Shown in pieces: positions 47,789 to 59,900 of a DNA stretch of 64,000 nucleotides (position 1 is its first letter; every line of letters begins with the position of its first letter). The position numbers were made by a program, and so were the translations under genes. This DNA comes from Carcharhinus amblyrhynchos. Lineage: Eukaryota. The notes under the pieces were generated by a model, which saw only the letters and a list, made by a program, of their open reading frames with translations, did no database searches and had not been told where the DNA came from. The stretch covers positions 37,820,001 to 37,884,000 of the forward strand of contig OZ336890.1 of NCBI GenBank assembly GCA_965287045.1, written 5' to 3'.

Positions 47789-49201
47789 ATGTATGTAATC
47801 GCATATGTAACTGTATTACTTTGTGTTGTCGTGACTGTAAATTTGACTGGATTGGAGGATAATCTATTTTACAAAGCTCATACACACACGGGAATCGAAC
47901 TGTATGTTACCCGTTAACACAATCGTTAGAAGCCCTACTTGTAGCCATCCCTGGGTGGACCTCTCATGACTTGTATACAGTAGATACACCCTGTAAGGGA
48001 CAAATTGGCAAATATAAAAGAGGGATACAGGGGAGATGTGTGGGACTCGTAAACCCCACAGATCCTGTGTGCAGGGGGTTCCAACAGGTGGGAGGAAAAG
48101 CTTGTTCAGACACTGCAAGCTATCCGCTTTGTTTTACGGGACAGGGATGGGGATGTGCCTATGCTTTGATCCCTAAGAATGATTCCTGCATGTGGGCGCG
48201 GTGTGTCCGTTAACATTGTCGGGTTTAAAAGGGATAGCTTACTTGCATTTATGATTAACAGAAATGTCTAAATATAACTGTGGGAAGAGAGCTCATTTGT
48301 GGACAATGCAATGGGACTCATTTAAGCTCAGCCAAATTGACATACCCATTTGATACTTAACAGGTGGTGGCTCGTAATCAAGACACTAAATGTTACCAGG
48401 CTAAGAAGGGGATATGTGTTCCTCTTCAATGGTACTTGCACAACAGAAACACCAAGTCTCCCAAACCGTTTTGCAGTCGGAACAATAGGACCACAGACTG
48501 TTCCATGCCCTCAGGAGGTGAATATTCGGAGAAGAATAGTAACCCGGGCTTTTAGCAAAGAATTCTGCGCCAACTGGGAAGCCCCGGGCACAATGGGATC
48601 ATCGTTGGAACACAGCTCCCTTGGAGCCTTATCTCGGGGTGGGAGGTGCGGGGGTGAGTGCAAGGTGATTAGTTCAAAGAATAGGAATCATGTTGTTTGT
48701 GGACTGACAGTCCTGGGAAACAGCACTTCAGAAACACTGGAAGCTGTTAACCAAGCAATGGCTGAACTGAGATTATATGCACAGCAGACAAGATATACAG
48801 TGGGCTACCAGTTAGCACAACAAGGGGGAGTGTGTACAATCAAAGGCAACAAATGCATAACCCATGTCACAAACGTGTCGAATAACATTACAAAAGTCAT
48901 CAATAGTATCAGAGAACAACTTGATAACTTCAGACAGGAACCCAGGAAAGGAAATAACTGGTTGGAATGGCTAGTGGAGGGGTCCTGGGAATCTTACTTA
49001 TTACATGGATTAGTCATATTTATTTCAATTGTAATTGTCTGTTGTCTAATTGTTGGATGCCTAATAGTCTGCTGCAAGGTTATGGTAATGAGAATTGTGC
49101 CAGGAGCCAGTGTATCCATCGAGGAAGAGCCCATGATGCAGATCCCTGAAGATATCAGAAGAAACGAAGAAGGAAAGAAGAAAATTGATTTCTATATGTG
49201 A
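47789..49201 (+). pseudogene. env: ERV envelope (SU frameshifted; 3' SU and TM open over 48350-49201)
   Basis: Signal peptide MYVIAYVTVLLCVVVTV, Cys-rich SU, RRRIVTR|A cleavage-like site at 48547, heptad repeat, ISD-like QQTRYTVGYQLAQQGGVC, CX6C, Trp-rich MPER, TM helix and cytoplasmic tail. Confidence 0.88.
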
Positions 49202-49247
49202 ACGTGTAATTGTTGGTCTAGGGATTATTAAAGTCATAATCCAGACC

Positions 49248-49259
49248 AAAAGTGGGGAC
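49248..49259 (+). promoter_or_regulatory. Polypurine tract
   Basis: aaaagtggggac lies immediately before the 3' LTR. Confidence 0.75.
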
Positions 49260-49895
49260 TGAAGTGGGGAAAATCATAAAGCTGGGTACCTGACACAAAA
49301 TGGCTGCCTAGCACATAAAAAGGTTACTGGGGAGAGAGACATTAAGCAGGCACTGACTTTTAGTGCAGACAGCTACTTGAAACTAAAACATCCAGGACAG
49401 CCAGTTATTTAAAGTTAAATGTGCAGGAATCAGATACTGCAGGAAGCCAATGAAGAGCTTGAGGCACTTTAAAGGTAAGGACAAACCTAGGACAGTAGGA
49501 ATGATTAGCCATAAATGGGAACAAGAATACATCAATGCAGGAAAACCAATTACTGTATATATAAACCGAAACTCAGTCATTGATAGTCACTGAAGGAGGA
49601 AATGTAGTCATTCCATGGAACAATGCAATGTTAAAAGCCAATGTCTGTATATGTCTGGCTTAAATAATGTGTTAAACGATCGATCCTACTCAACTATAAC
49701 GATGTGTTAAATGGCTAATGTCCTGACTATCCATTGTCTGAAAAGTGTAAAAATGAACCACTCCTATTGTATTATTGAGAAGATAGCTGCCGAGTATAGC
49801 AGAGTGCCAGTGCTCTTTCCCCAAAGCTTCGTGTCTGAAATAAAAGCTGTACTTTTGAACCTCCAGTGTAACTCCAGTGGTAATTTCCCACAACA
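49260..49895 (+). repeat. ERV 3' LTR (636 bp)
   Basis: tgaagtggggaaaatcataaag...aatttcccacaaca. AATAAA at 49839. Confidence 0.92.
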
Positions 49896-50904
49896 GCATG
49901 TATGGGTTTTTATGGTTTCAGTTCAAACTGTTTCTTTTGAGCTGAGAGAGTTTACAATGGGAAAGGTAATCATGAGCTTGGAGAAAGAATGAGCTGTTGC
50001 CTAGCAACACAGATCACTTTAAGAAAAAATACTTTTAAGTTTTTAGTTTTAGCTAAATTCATGGCAGTTGGAACTAGGAGCCTAGAGAGAACAGCTCTCC
50101 CAGCTCTGTTACCATCAGAAAAATCATACAATGGAGTAATGGGCATGAAATCAAGCTCCAGAAGAACTAAAGGACGGTTCATTCTGGAAATTGGAGAATG
50201 AAGAGAGGTTTCCCCAGAAGTGTGAAGCTAATTGGAACCAGGTGCAATTCGCTGAAGTTAAAGGCAGACCTTGAAAGGGCAGACTTGATTTAAATTAGCT
50301 GGAGAAAAGCCAGGGATCAGAAGTGATCACAAAATTTCCAGCCTTTGGAAACAATGGTATTCTGTTGGAGACTAAGTATCTGAGTTTGAATGAAAGTTTG
50401 GATCCATTTTGCAATTCAAGGTAAAGGAATGCCGTAATGAGAGTTGGAAAACCTGCAGGTGGATCCTTGCTAGAACAGCTGAGAGAGAACCTCATTGGAG
50501 AGAAGATTTGAAAGCGTCTTTTTGAAATAGACTTGTGACAATCATTGGGGAGGGAGGGGAATTTAAGGAGAAACCCACAAAATAATGATTGAATGGCATC
50601 TGCCATTGGGTTTCAGAGCAAGATGTTATCTGACCACAGTTAGCCTTTGGGTTACAGGAAGAGCTGTGCATATTGAGAAAATTATAGTATAGCATAACAT
50701 GTGTTCGCCTTAAATCTGTATACTTATGTGAAAATAAATAGAAGTATTGCATTATAGTCAAACTATGTTTAATGTTTTTATTTTGTTGTTGAAAGCTAAT
50801 TGGCAGTCCAGTGTTCTAAGGAAAGGTAAAGTTGTAGTCTTTTGAGCCAAGATTCCATTCTGGAACATTCCCGTCCAGAAGCAACGCCAGCTGGGATCGT
50901 AACG

Positions 50905-51600
50905 CCAGCAAGCAACAATTGAACCACCTCCTCTTAACGTTCAATGGCAATAACATCACTGAATCTTTCAGCAGCAGCAACATCCAGGGGATCATCGACG
51001 ATTAAAAAGTATTGGCAAGCTACATAAATAGTGAGATTAAGAATTCTGTGGTGAGTTACTCACCTCCTGACTCTGCAACGCATGCCTCCCATTTGTGAGG
51101 CACAAGTCAGAAGTGTGATGGAACACGCCCCAAACTTGCCCATTTGAGTACAACTCCTGCAACACTCAAGTAGTTCAACAGCATCTGGACAAAGTGGCCT
51201 GCATAATCGCACAGCCCATCCGCTGCCTTGAGCATTCACTCTGTTCATCACTGATGCATTGTGGTTGCAGTATAGGAACTCACCTGAAGCTCCTTTTACA
51301 GCACCTTCCAAAGCTGGGACTTCTAACACTTTAAGAAGAGGCTCAAGGACAACAAGTATAAGATGACATCACTGTCTGCACGTTCCCATCAATATCACAC
51401 ACTATCCTGACTTGGAAAAATAATGCCGTTCCTCATTATTGTAGGGTCAAGATCCTGGGACTCTCTTTTTAACAATGTACCTGTTGCAACACCACATGGA
51501 CTACCATGGTTCAAGAAAGCATCTCAACACCTTCTCAAACAATTAGAACTCGGCAGTAAATGCTGATCTTGCCTGTCTCTCGTACACCTGAGAATGAACT
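50905..51600 (+). mobile_element. LINE family X 3' fragment
   Basis: Colinear with 7860-8540 (aaccacctcc...ttcaatggc, gcacaagtcagaagtgtgatggaa, ttcaagaaagc). Confidence 0.65.
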
Positions 51601-52253
51601 TTGGATAGAGAAATTTCTTGGCGGAGGAGATACGTAGTGTGCCAACAACGTGACAGCTGGGAATAAGATGTGGAAAAACAAGGTGTGAGAAGTTCATGTA
51701 TGGATGCCTGCCTTCATATTCTGGGAGCACTATGCATGTCGCTTGAGAGAGGGAATGTCTGTTCTGTTGTGTGCCATATTGCCCTCTAAGAGAGAGAGCA
51801 AAATGACAACAGTGCTTGTGTAGTAGCATTATGTTTAAACAATGGTTGTTAAAGCTAAATGGAGATGCATAGAGACAGTGAGACACTGGCAGCATTGCCT
51901 GGTTTGTGCAGATTGAGGTAAGGTGCAGTATCTGGATGCAAGCCCTGACAGCCAGGGAGTGTTGCTGGGTGAGCGATGGAAATGTGGTACATCGAGCAGA
52001 ATGAGGGGTTGGTGGAACAATAGGAAGGGGATGTCATGTGATGGTGTGTTCACTTGACATTGATTATCTGAGACCATGTGGTACTGCTGCCAGTCTGGAA
52101 GTGGCCTTCTTGGCCACCTTGAGGTTATCCATAAGAGTCTCCTGGTTCATTGAGGTGCCTTGTCAGCAGCACAACCACCCCCACCCTGCCGACACCAGTG
52201 ATGCCTCCAATGCTGTATCTGTCACTATTTTCTGTTTCTAATGAAAGGTCATT

Positions 52254-55200
52254 TAAACTAAATAGTTGGGGGGAGGGTTCAGGGGTATGGGGAATTACAA
52301 AATCCAAGGAAAAGAAGAGGGTACGAGTGCAGGTTAATGTTGAGGACATTGAACTAGTTAAAGGAGTCGAGGGCTCAGGAGAGGTTAGTAGTGTTTCAAA
52401 CAAATTGGCTCCAGATAAAGACTAGTATAAAGACACTTTACCTGAATGCACAGAGCATTCGAAACAAAGTGAATGAGTTGATGGCACAAATCAGTACAAA
52501 TGGGTATGATCTAGTGGCCATTACAGAAACATGGTTGCAGGGTGACCGGGACTGGGAACTGAATATCCAGGGGTATCAGACATTTCAGAAGGATAGACAG
52601 AAACGAAAAGGAGGCGGGGTAGCTCTGTTAATAAAAGATAACAACATCAGGGTGGTAGTGAGAGACGATGAAGGGTCTAAGAAGCAAAATGTGGAATTGT
52701 TTTGGGTTTTAGCTAATGAAGAGAGATTGAATAGTCTGGATCTGTACTCGTTAGAGTTTAGAAGGCTGAGGGGGGATCTTATAGAGACTTACAAGATAAT
52801 AAAGGGGCTAGATAGGGTAGAGGCAGAGAGATTCTTCCCGCTTAAAAGGATAGCAGAGCTAGAGGGCACAGCCTCAAGATAAGGGAGGGCAGTTTAGAAT
52901 GGAGTTGAGGAGGAACTTCTTCACTCAGAGGATGGTGAATCTCTGGAATTCTCTGCCCATTGAAGTGGTGAAGGCTACCTCGTTGAATATATTTAAGTCA
53001 CGGGTAGATAGATTTCTGATAGACAAGGGAATTAAGGGCTATGGGGAGAAAGCGGGATAGTGGAACTGATTCACTTCAGATCAGCCATGATCTCATTGAA
53101 TGGCGGGGCAGGCTCAAAGGACCAGATGGCCTACTCCTGCTCCTATTTCTTATGTTCTTATGTAGAGATAAGGAATAGTAAGGGGAGAAAGTCACTGGTG
53201 GGCGTGGTCTATAGACCCCCAAATAATAACTTTGAGTTGGGGCGGGCTATAAACGTGCAAATAATGGATGTGTGCAAAAACGGAACAGCAATAATCATGG
53301 GAGATTTTAACCTGTATATTGATTGGTTGACTCAAGTTGGACGCGGTGGACTTGAGGAAGAGTTCTTAGAATGCTGTCAGGATAGTTTCCTCAAACAGTA
53401 CGTTACAGAATCTATGAGGGAGCGAGTTATCTTGGATCTGGTCCTGTGTAATAAGACAGGTAGAATTAAAAATCTTCTTGTGAGGGATCCTCTTGGGATG
53501 AACGATCATAGTATGGTTGAATTTCTAATACAGATGGAGGGTGAGAAAGTAGGGTCCCAAACCAGTGTCCTCTGCTTGAACAGAGGGGAGTACGATAGGA
53601 TGAGGGAGGAATTGGTTAATGTAGACTGGGAGTGCAGACTAGTTGGTAGGACAGCTGAGGAACAGTGGAGGAATTTTAAGGAGATTTTTCTCAGTACTTG
53701 GCAAAAGTATATTCCAGTGATAAAGAAGAAATGTAAGACAAAGGATAACCAGCTGTGGATAATGAAGGAGAGAATTAAATTAAAAACCAATGCGTACAGA
53801 GTGGCCAAAACTAGTGGGGAATTAGAAGATTGGGAAAACTTTAAAAAACAACGAAGAACGACTAAGAAAGTGATAAAGAAAGGAAAGATGGATTATGAAA
53901 CTAAACTGGCGCAAAATATAAAAACTGATTGTAAAAACTTTTACTAATATATAAAAAGGAAAAGAGTGGCTAAAGTAAATGTTGGACCCTTAGAATATGA
54001 GAAGGGGGATTTTTTTGTCGATCTTCACGTTAGAGGACACAAATAGCTTATCGAACATTAACGGTTGTGGGATTGTAGGGGGTGAGGTCCTTTAAAACAA
54101 TTACTATTACTGAAGAGGTAGTGCTTGGTAGACTAATGGGACTAAAGGTAGTCAAGTCCCTGGGCCCGGATGGAATGCATCCTAAGGTACTGAAAGAAAT
54201 GACAGAAGTAATAGCAGATGCGTTAGTAGTAATTTATCAAAATTTGCTGGACTCTGGGGAAATGCTGGCTGATTGGAAAATAGCTAATGTTACGCCGCTG
54301 TTTAAAAAAGGAAGTAGACGAAGGTTGGGTTACTACAGGCCGGTTAGCTTAATGCCCATAGTTGGGGTAATGCTGGAATCCATCATTAAAGAAGAAATAG
54401 CAGGACACCTGGAAAAGATTGGTTCGATCAAGCAGACACAGCATGGATTCGTGAAGGGAAAGATGTGTTTGACAAAGTTACTGGATTTTTATGAAGATGT
54501 AACGAATGCAGTTGACAGAGGGGAACCGGTGGATGTGGTGTTTATAGATTTCCAGAAGGTGTTCGATAAGGTGCCTCTTAAAAGGTTGCTGCAGAAGATT
54601 AAGGTACATGGAGTTGGGGGTAAAGTGTTAGCATGGATTGAGGATTGGCTATCTAACAGGAAGCAGAGAGTTGGAATAAATGGGTGCTTTTCTAGTTGGC
54701 AGTTGGTGACTAGTGGTGTGCCACTGGGATCGGAGCTGGGGCCTCAACTGTTTACCATATACATAGACAGTCTGGAGGAGGGGACCAAGTGTAGGTTAAC
54801 GAAGTTTGCTGATGACACAAAGATGAGTGGGAAAGCAAATTGTATGGAGGACGTGGAAAGTCTGCAGAGAAATTTTGGATAGGCTGAGTGAGTGGGCGAG
54901 GACCTGGCAAATGGAGTGTAATGTTGGCAAGTGTGAGGTTATCCACTTTGGAAGGAATAATAGCAAAATAGACTATTATTTAAATGGTGAAAAATTACTA
55001 CATGCTAATATGCAGAGGGACCAGGGAGTCCTTGTGCATGAATCACAAAAACTCAGTCTGCAGGTGCAGCAGGTGATCAAGAAGGCAAATGGAATGTTGA
55101 CCTTTATCGCGAGGGGAATGGAATATAAAAGCAGGGAGGTGTTGCTGCAATTGTACAAGATACTGGTGCGGCCGCAACTAGAGTACTGTGTGTGATTTTG

Positions 55201-55735
55201 GTCCCCTTATTTGCAAAAGGATATATTGGCCTTGAAGGGAGTACAGAGAAGGTTCACCAGGTTGAAACCAGAGATGAGGGGGTTAGCTTACGAGCAGAGA
55301 TTGAGTAGATTGGGCCTGTACTCATTGGAGTTTAGAAGGCTGAGGAGTGATCTTATAGAGACATATAAGATAATGAAGGGGCCAGATAGGGTAGAGGTAG
55401 AGAGATTCTTTCCACTTAGAAAGGAAACAAGAACTAGAGGATACAGCCTCAAAATAAGGGGGAGTCAGTTTAGAACAGAGTTGAGGAGGAACTTCTCTCA
55501 GAGGGTAGTGAATCTCTGGAATTCTCTGCCCATTGAAGCGGTGGAGGCTACCTCATTTTATATGTTTAAGTCACAAGTAGATGGATTTCTGATCAGTAAG
55601 GGAATTGAGGGTTATGGGGAGCAAGCCGGTAAGTGGAACTGAACCACTGTCAGATCAGCCATGATCTTATTGAATGGCGGGCAGACTCGAGGGGCTAGAT
55701 GGCCTACTCCTGCTCCTATTTCTTATGTTCTTACA
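52254..55735 (+). mobile_element. CR1 LINE with near-complete but disrupted ORF2 (APE and RT)
   Basis: YLNAQSIRNK, AITETWL, VYRPP, MGDFN, DH, QHGF, KFADD and a (ttcttatg) tail. TSD tcatt at 52249-52253 and 55736-55740. Confidence 0.92.
52707..53162 (+). mobile_element. CR1 3' fragment nested in the APE domain of the larger CR1
   Basis: APE breaks at ELFWV and resumes at EIRNSKG. The insert encodes EERLNSLDLYSLEFRRL and has its own ttcttatg tail. Confidence 0.85.
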
Positions 55736-56039
55736 TCATTGACCTGAAATGTTAACTCTGTTTTCTTAAAACAGATGTTGCATGATCTGCTGAGCAATGA
55801 CCCTCGTTATTTTTGTTGTGCATGACTTGTTTGTTTGAATGCATGCTATTGTTACATTTTCTGTGCAGTTTCTTGAAAGGGGACTTGCATGGTTTCTGCT
55901 TTGTCACTGTGCATCTATGCATGCACAAAGCTTATATTGCTGCTGAGTATTTCGAGCATCTTCTGTTTTTAAGCAATGGAGTTTCCCAGGTTCAGTACTT
56001 GGAACAACTGCATTTTTTTTGAAGTATATTGCTGATTTG

Positions 56040-57300
56040 ACTTGGGGATGCATGACACATATTGAAATTTGGAGATGTACAGAAATTTGACAGTGTATAG
56101 ATTTTAAGAGGGCACAGGGAAGCTGGTGAAATGAAAGGCGGTGAAATTTAATGCAGAAAAGTGTGTGATGATACATCCCTACCAGAATGTATGAACAGAG
56201 GCAATACTTCCTAAAACTTTAAAGAAGTGAGGCAGCTTGAGATCTGGACAGTTTATGCACAAACCTTTGAAGGAGCTGGACAAGTTAACAAAGCAGTTAA
56301 TAAAGTGTATGGGATCCTGGACTTTATAAACAAAAGCATGGTACAAAAGCTAGGAAGTTATGCTTGACTTAGATAAAACTGGCTCATCCACAACTGGAAT
56401 ATTGTATGGCAGGGTTTGCCAAACCTTTCCACCTATGGGAATCCATCTGAACTCTAATGAGTACTGGAGAACCCTGAGAAACATTCTTATTGCATCAAAA
56501 AAATTAAACCACAAATTATTATTGAGCAATATGTACAAAAACTTAAAACATGTTTCTATGTCTTATGTGTATTTATTTATTATAATGAAAAATGATATTT
56601 TCATAAAATACTTCTAAGTCTTACCTTTTGGACATTTTTAATAGGAGTACCAAACTACAATCTTCCATTCACATCCATTCTCTCACTCACATGCATGCCA
56701 CTCTCTTGCCCATACCATCACCCATCCTCCCTCCTTTGGTGTTGGAGAGGGCAGGCTCCCCCTTGGAGCAAATCTACTATGGAACCCCTGCTGTATGCAA
56801 TTCTGGGCACCAAAGACATGAAGGTTTTGGAGATCATTCAGAAATAATTTACATAAATGATTGCAGGGATGTAATGACACAGTTGGATAGACTGATGTTG
56901 GATTTTATTCTCTTTGAAGCTGGGAAGGACCAGAGAAGACTTGATTGAGGCATTTTAAAATCATGAAGTCTTCAGATGAGAGTAAATTAAGTGAAACTGT
57001 TTCCAGTGGTTTAAGGGTCGATTGCCTGAGAGAACAGATTTAAGGCAGAACAACTAGAAACTACATAAGGAGAGCTTTTTTGTTAAAAATAATTGGAATT
57101 TGGATTGTACTGACAACAAGGGTGGTGTATATTGGTTCAGTAGTAGCCTGCAAAAGGAAATCTGATAAATGCTTGCAGAAACAATTGTATGGATTTAAGG
57201 AAATGACAAAGGTGTGGGACTAACTGGATTGCTCTTTTAAAGATCCGGTGCTGAAACGATGGGTCAAATGGCTAGCTTGTGCTGTACTGATTCTATATGT
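56040..57300 (+). mobile_element. Old degraded CR1 3' region
   Basis: Traces of KFNAEKC, GILDFINK and KTGSSTTGILY (frameshifted RPQLEY). Tail gatgggtcaaatggct...gattctat. Confidence 0.55.
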
Positions 57301-58224
57301 AGTTATTGTGATCTCACTGAAACTTCAAAGAAAAATAAACAATTATATAGATTAACTGAAACATACTTGTTATTATAGTCGATTTTTATTTTAATCTAAA
57401 TTGTAGTAAGCTTTCCTACTTTTTTGCAAATGTAGCTGTGGTCATTTTGATTCTTGTGATGTAGTGAAAAGCAGGAAATTCTTGTTGCATGTACTTCCTG
57501 TAATGGACACTGATACTCATAAATGAGTGTTTTGTTTTTAAATGATTTGCAGAACATTTGAAGTGCTACTTAATGTTGTATGGCCAGAACGTGTCATGAA
57601 TTTCAGTACTCGGATATTAGCTACACCCATAAAGAGCATTTTAAAGCAAGTTTTGACCTCAGTAAAAGCTTGCAATAGACAATTGAACATTAGTGCAAGT
57701 CTGTCCCCAACCCACTTTAACAGTGGTCTTTCCAATAAGGAATATTCTTGTTTCTTCAAATATAATCTTTAAAATAAAAAGGCTTCCATTAGAAAGGAAG
57801 GCAGGAGGGGCCCTTTGGCCTCCTGCCCGTGATGAGAAACCAAGTGGAAGTGGGGAAGCGGGCAACAATGGAACGTTTATGCGGGGGAATATTATGCTGC
57901 TTAACTGCCTTGTGAACAGTCTCCAAATGCAAACATTTACAATGTATTAAGAAAGAATTGTCTTGGAGATTTGTAATTTAACCTCCAGCTTCTTTCATCC
58001 ATCCATCATTTGTCTCGTTATTAACCTATATGCAAGTTTCCTATTGTACTGTACCCACGTACAGACAAGCACCTTCATTTGTCTTATTGTTGATTGGCAA
58101 GGTGTGCTTGGCATTGTTCTGGAATGCTACCTCTTCATGTTTGATGAAAAGGAAACCCTTGGTAAATGGGTTTTTATTATTTAATATTATGAATGATTGC
58201 TGTATATATGACTGCCGCTTGTTA

Positions 58225-58482
58225 ACATGGTGGCTAGCACTGCTGCCTCACAGTGCCAGGGACCCAGTTTCGATTCCGGCCTTGGATGGATGACTGCAGA
58301 TTGTCTGCATGGGTTTCTTCCGGTGCTCTGGTTTCCTACTTCAGCTCAAAAATGTTCAGGTTAGATGGTTTGACCTTGCTAAATTGCCTGGATTGGGCCT
58401 TGTAATACATTTTTGGAGAGTTGTGCAGACTTGATGGGCCAAATGGCCTCCTTCTGCACTGTAGGAATTCTATGGTTCTATG
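58225..58482 (+). mobile_element. HE1-type SINE with internal deletions
   Basis: Head gcactgctgcctcacagtgccagggaccc and tail gatgggccaaatggcctccttctgcactgtaggaattctatggttctatg. Confidence 0.8.
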
Positions 58483-59900
58483 TTTTTCACTCCCTAATTT
58501 CTCCTGTTGTCTTCATATTGCAGCAAAGGTCGCAAGGTGTTGCCAGGCTTTCATCAGGTGTTATGAAAGCAGCTGCTTCCAGATTTCCGAGTAGCTCAGA
58601 ATGATTGTCATTCCCTACAAATGTTTGGTCTGGTCTCACTGCCTTCACGCACATGTTGTTATCTCTCTTGATCAGAACCTCAAGTTTCTGTTAAATCTGG
58701 TTAGGATCAATAACATCATTTTAAAGTAGACACATTTTAAGTTTTAAAACACTTGTTAAGGAAATGAAGTCTCAAGGTTGTACTGGTTTTGAACAAAAAT
58801 AAACTATTAGTCAAAAAAATCTACAATATCTATCTCGTACTCTGAACATGAGGTATGTGTGATTAACAGGCATTCTGTGGTCAAATACCCTACACTGTAC
58901 AATAAATAGCAAATATGACGAAGACACATCCACAGGTTTCTCACCAACCCACCCATACGTCAGTAAACATTGATAGTCAACCAAACTCATTTAAGATCTG
59001 CCCCTCTCATGGGGGATTCCAAATATTTATTTCTTGAAAGTCAAATCTCTGCATTTCATCCAAATTTCTCTAACTCTGATTGCCCCAGCAACTTTATACC
59101 TGCCAGGGTTATGGTCACTTCTTTTAAGAACCTATTTTCCTTGATTTCCAAGTCTGCATTTCAGCCTGTACATGTGTGATTTCAGCTCTTTAGTAGCCAG
59201 CTAGCTTCATTGGACTGGCACTGCCCCTGGATTTCACCTATCTCCCCAGCTGCACCAGCTATAAATGGTTCCCAGGGCTTTCTGTGATCCCTAATCTTTT
59301 CCGACACAGAGCCAGTAAGCTTCTGCCGCCTACTGAAACCCCAGGACTTCTCCTGAAACCTAATCGCACACAGCTATCAAATGATTTCTGAGCCCCAACA
59401 AATAGCAACATTTTTACTGCCTGAAGCCTGCCAACAACAGCACCTTTTTGTGGTATGGTGTTTTCCCCTGCTGCAGAAAATTCAGTGGCTCATCAAACAA
59501 AGATAAATTGACCCTTAGAACTACTTTTAAGTTCCACCCACAGCCCATGATGATGGTCTCATTGAAAGTTTTAAAATTAATTGTAGCTTTAACTCACAAA
59601 GCAGCTCCTGGGCTGCATTTAGTTGCAAGCAGTTTAGTCACCTGTCTCTAATTCTCCAGTGAAGTAAGCCCACATGTGACCTTTCCAACTGTTAGCCACC
59701 TGAGTCAAAACTTTTTAAGTCTTCAAGCTGCTTCCAGTTACATTTATCCCATTTTCTAGTTGAACCTTCAGCTTGCCAGAACTAAATCTTACCTGTAAAA
59801 TGTTACAATGAATTAAGTATTTAAAACAGTGTTGAAATTTTAAATGTGATATATGCAAAAATGCTAGAACCAGTCTGTCTTCAAAGTTCTTCAGTGCTGA

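Larger units (their letters stand above)
42070..49895 (+). mobile_element. Endogenous retrovirus lacking most of pol (LTR-PBS-gag-IN remnant-env-PPT-LTR)
   Basis: Two homologous TG...CA LTRs. 5-bp TSD GCAAG (42065-42069) / GCATG (49896-49900). PBS, PPT and a class I fusion env are present. Confidence 0.92.

Noticed and set aside
48350-49201. Endogenous filovirus glycoprotein (non-retroviral EVE)
   Set aside because: It occupies the normal env position between the integrase remnant and PPT/3' LTR, and has a long cytoplasmic tail. It is a retroviral env.
47789-49201. Intact syncytin-like captured gene
   Set aside because: SU is frameshifted near 47885 and 48200-48350, and the cleavage site and fusion loop look decayed.
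51600-52230. Possible DNA-transposon remnant (also 5480-6080, 9200-9840, 21650-22180, 30055-30450)
   Set aside because: Repeat-like in character, but I could not identify TIRs, TSDs or coding motifs.
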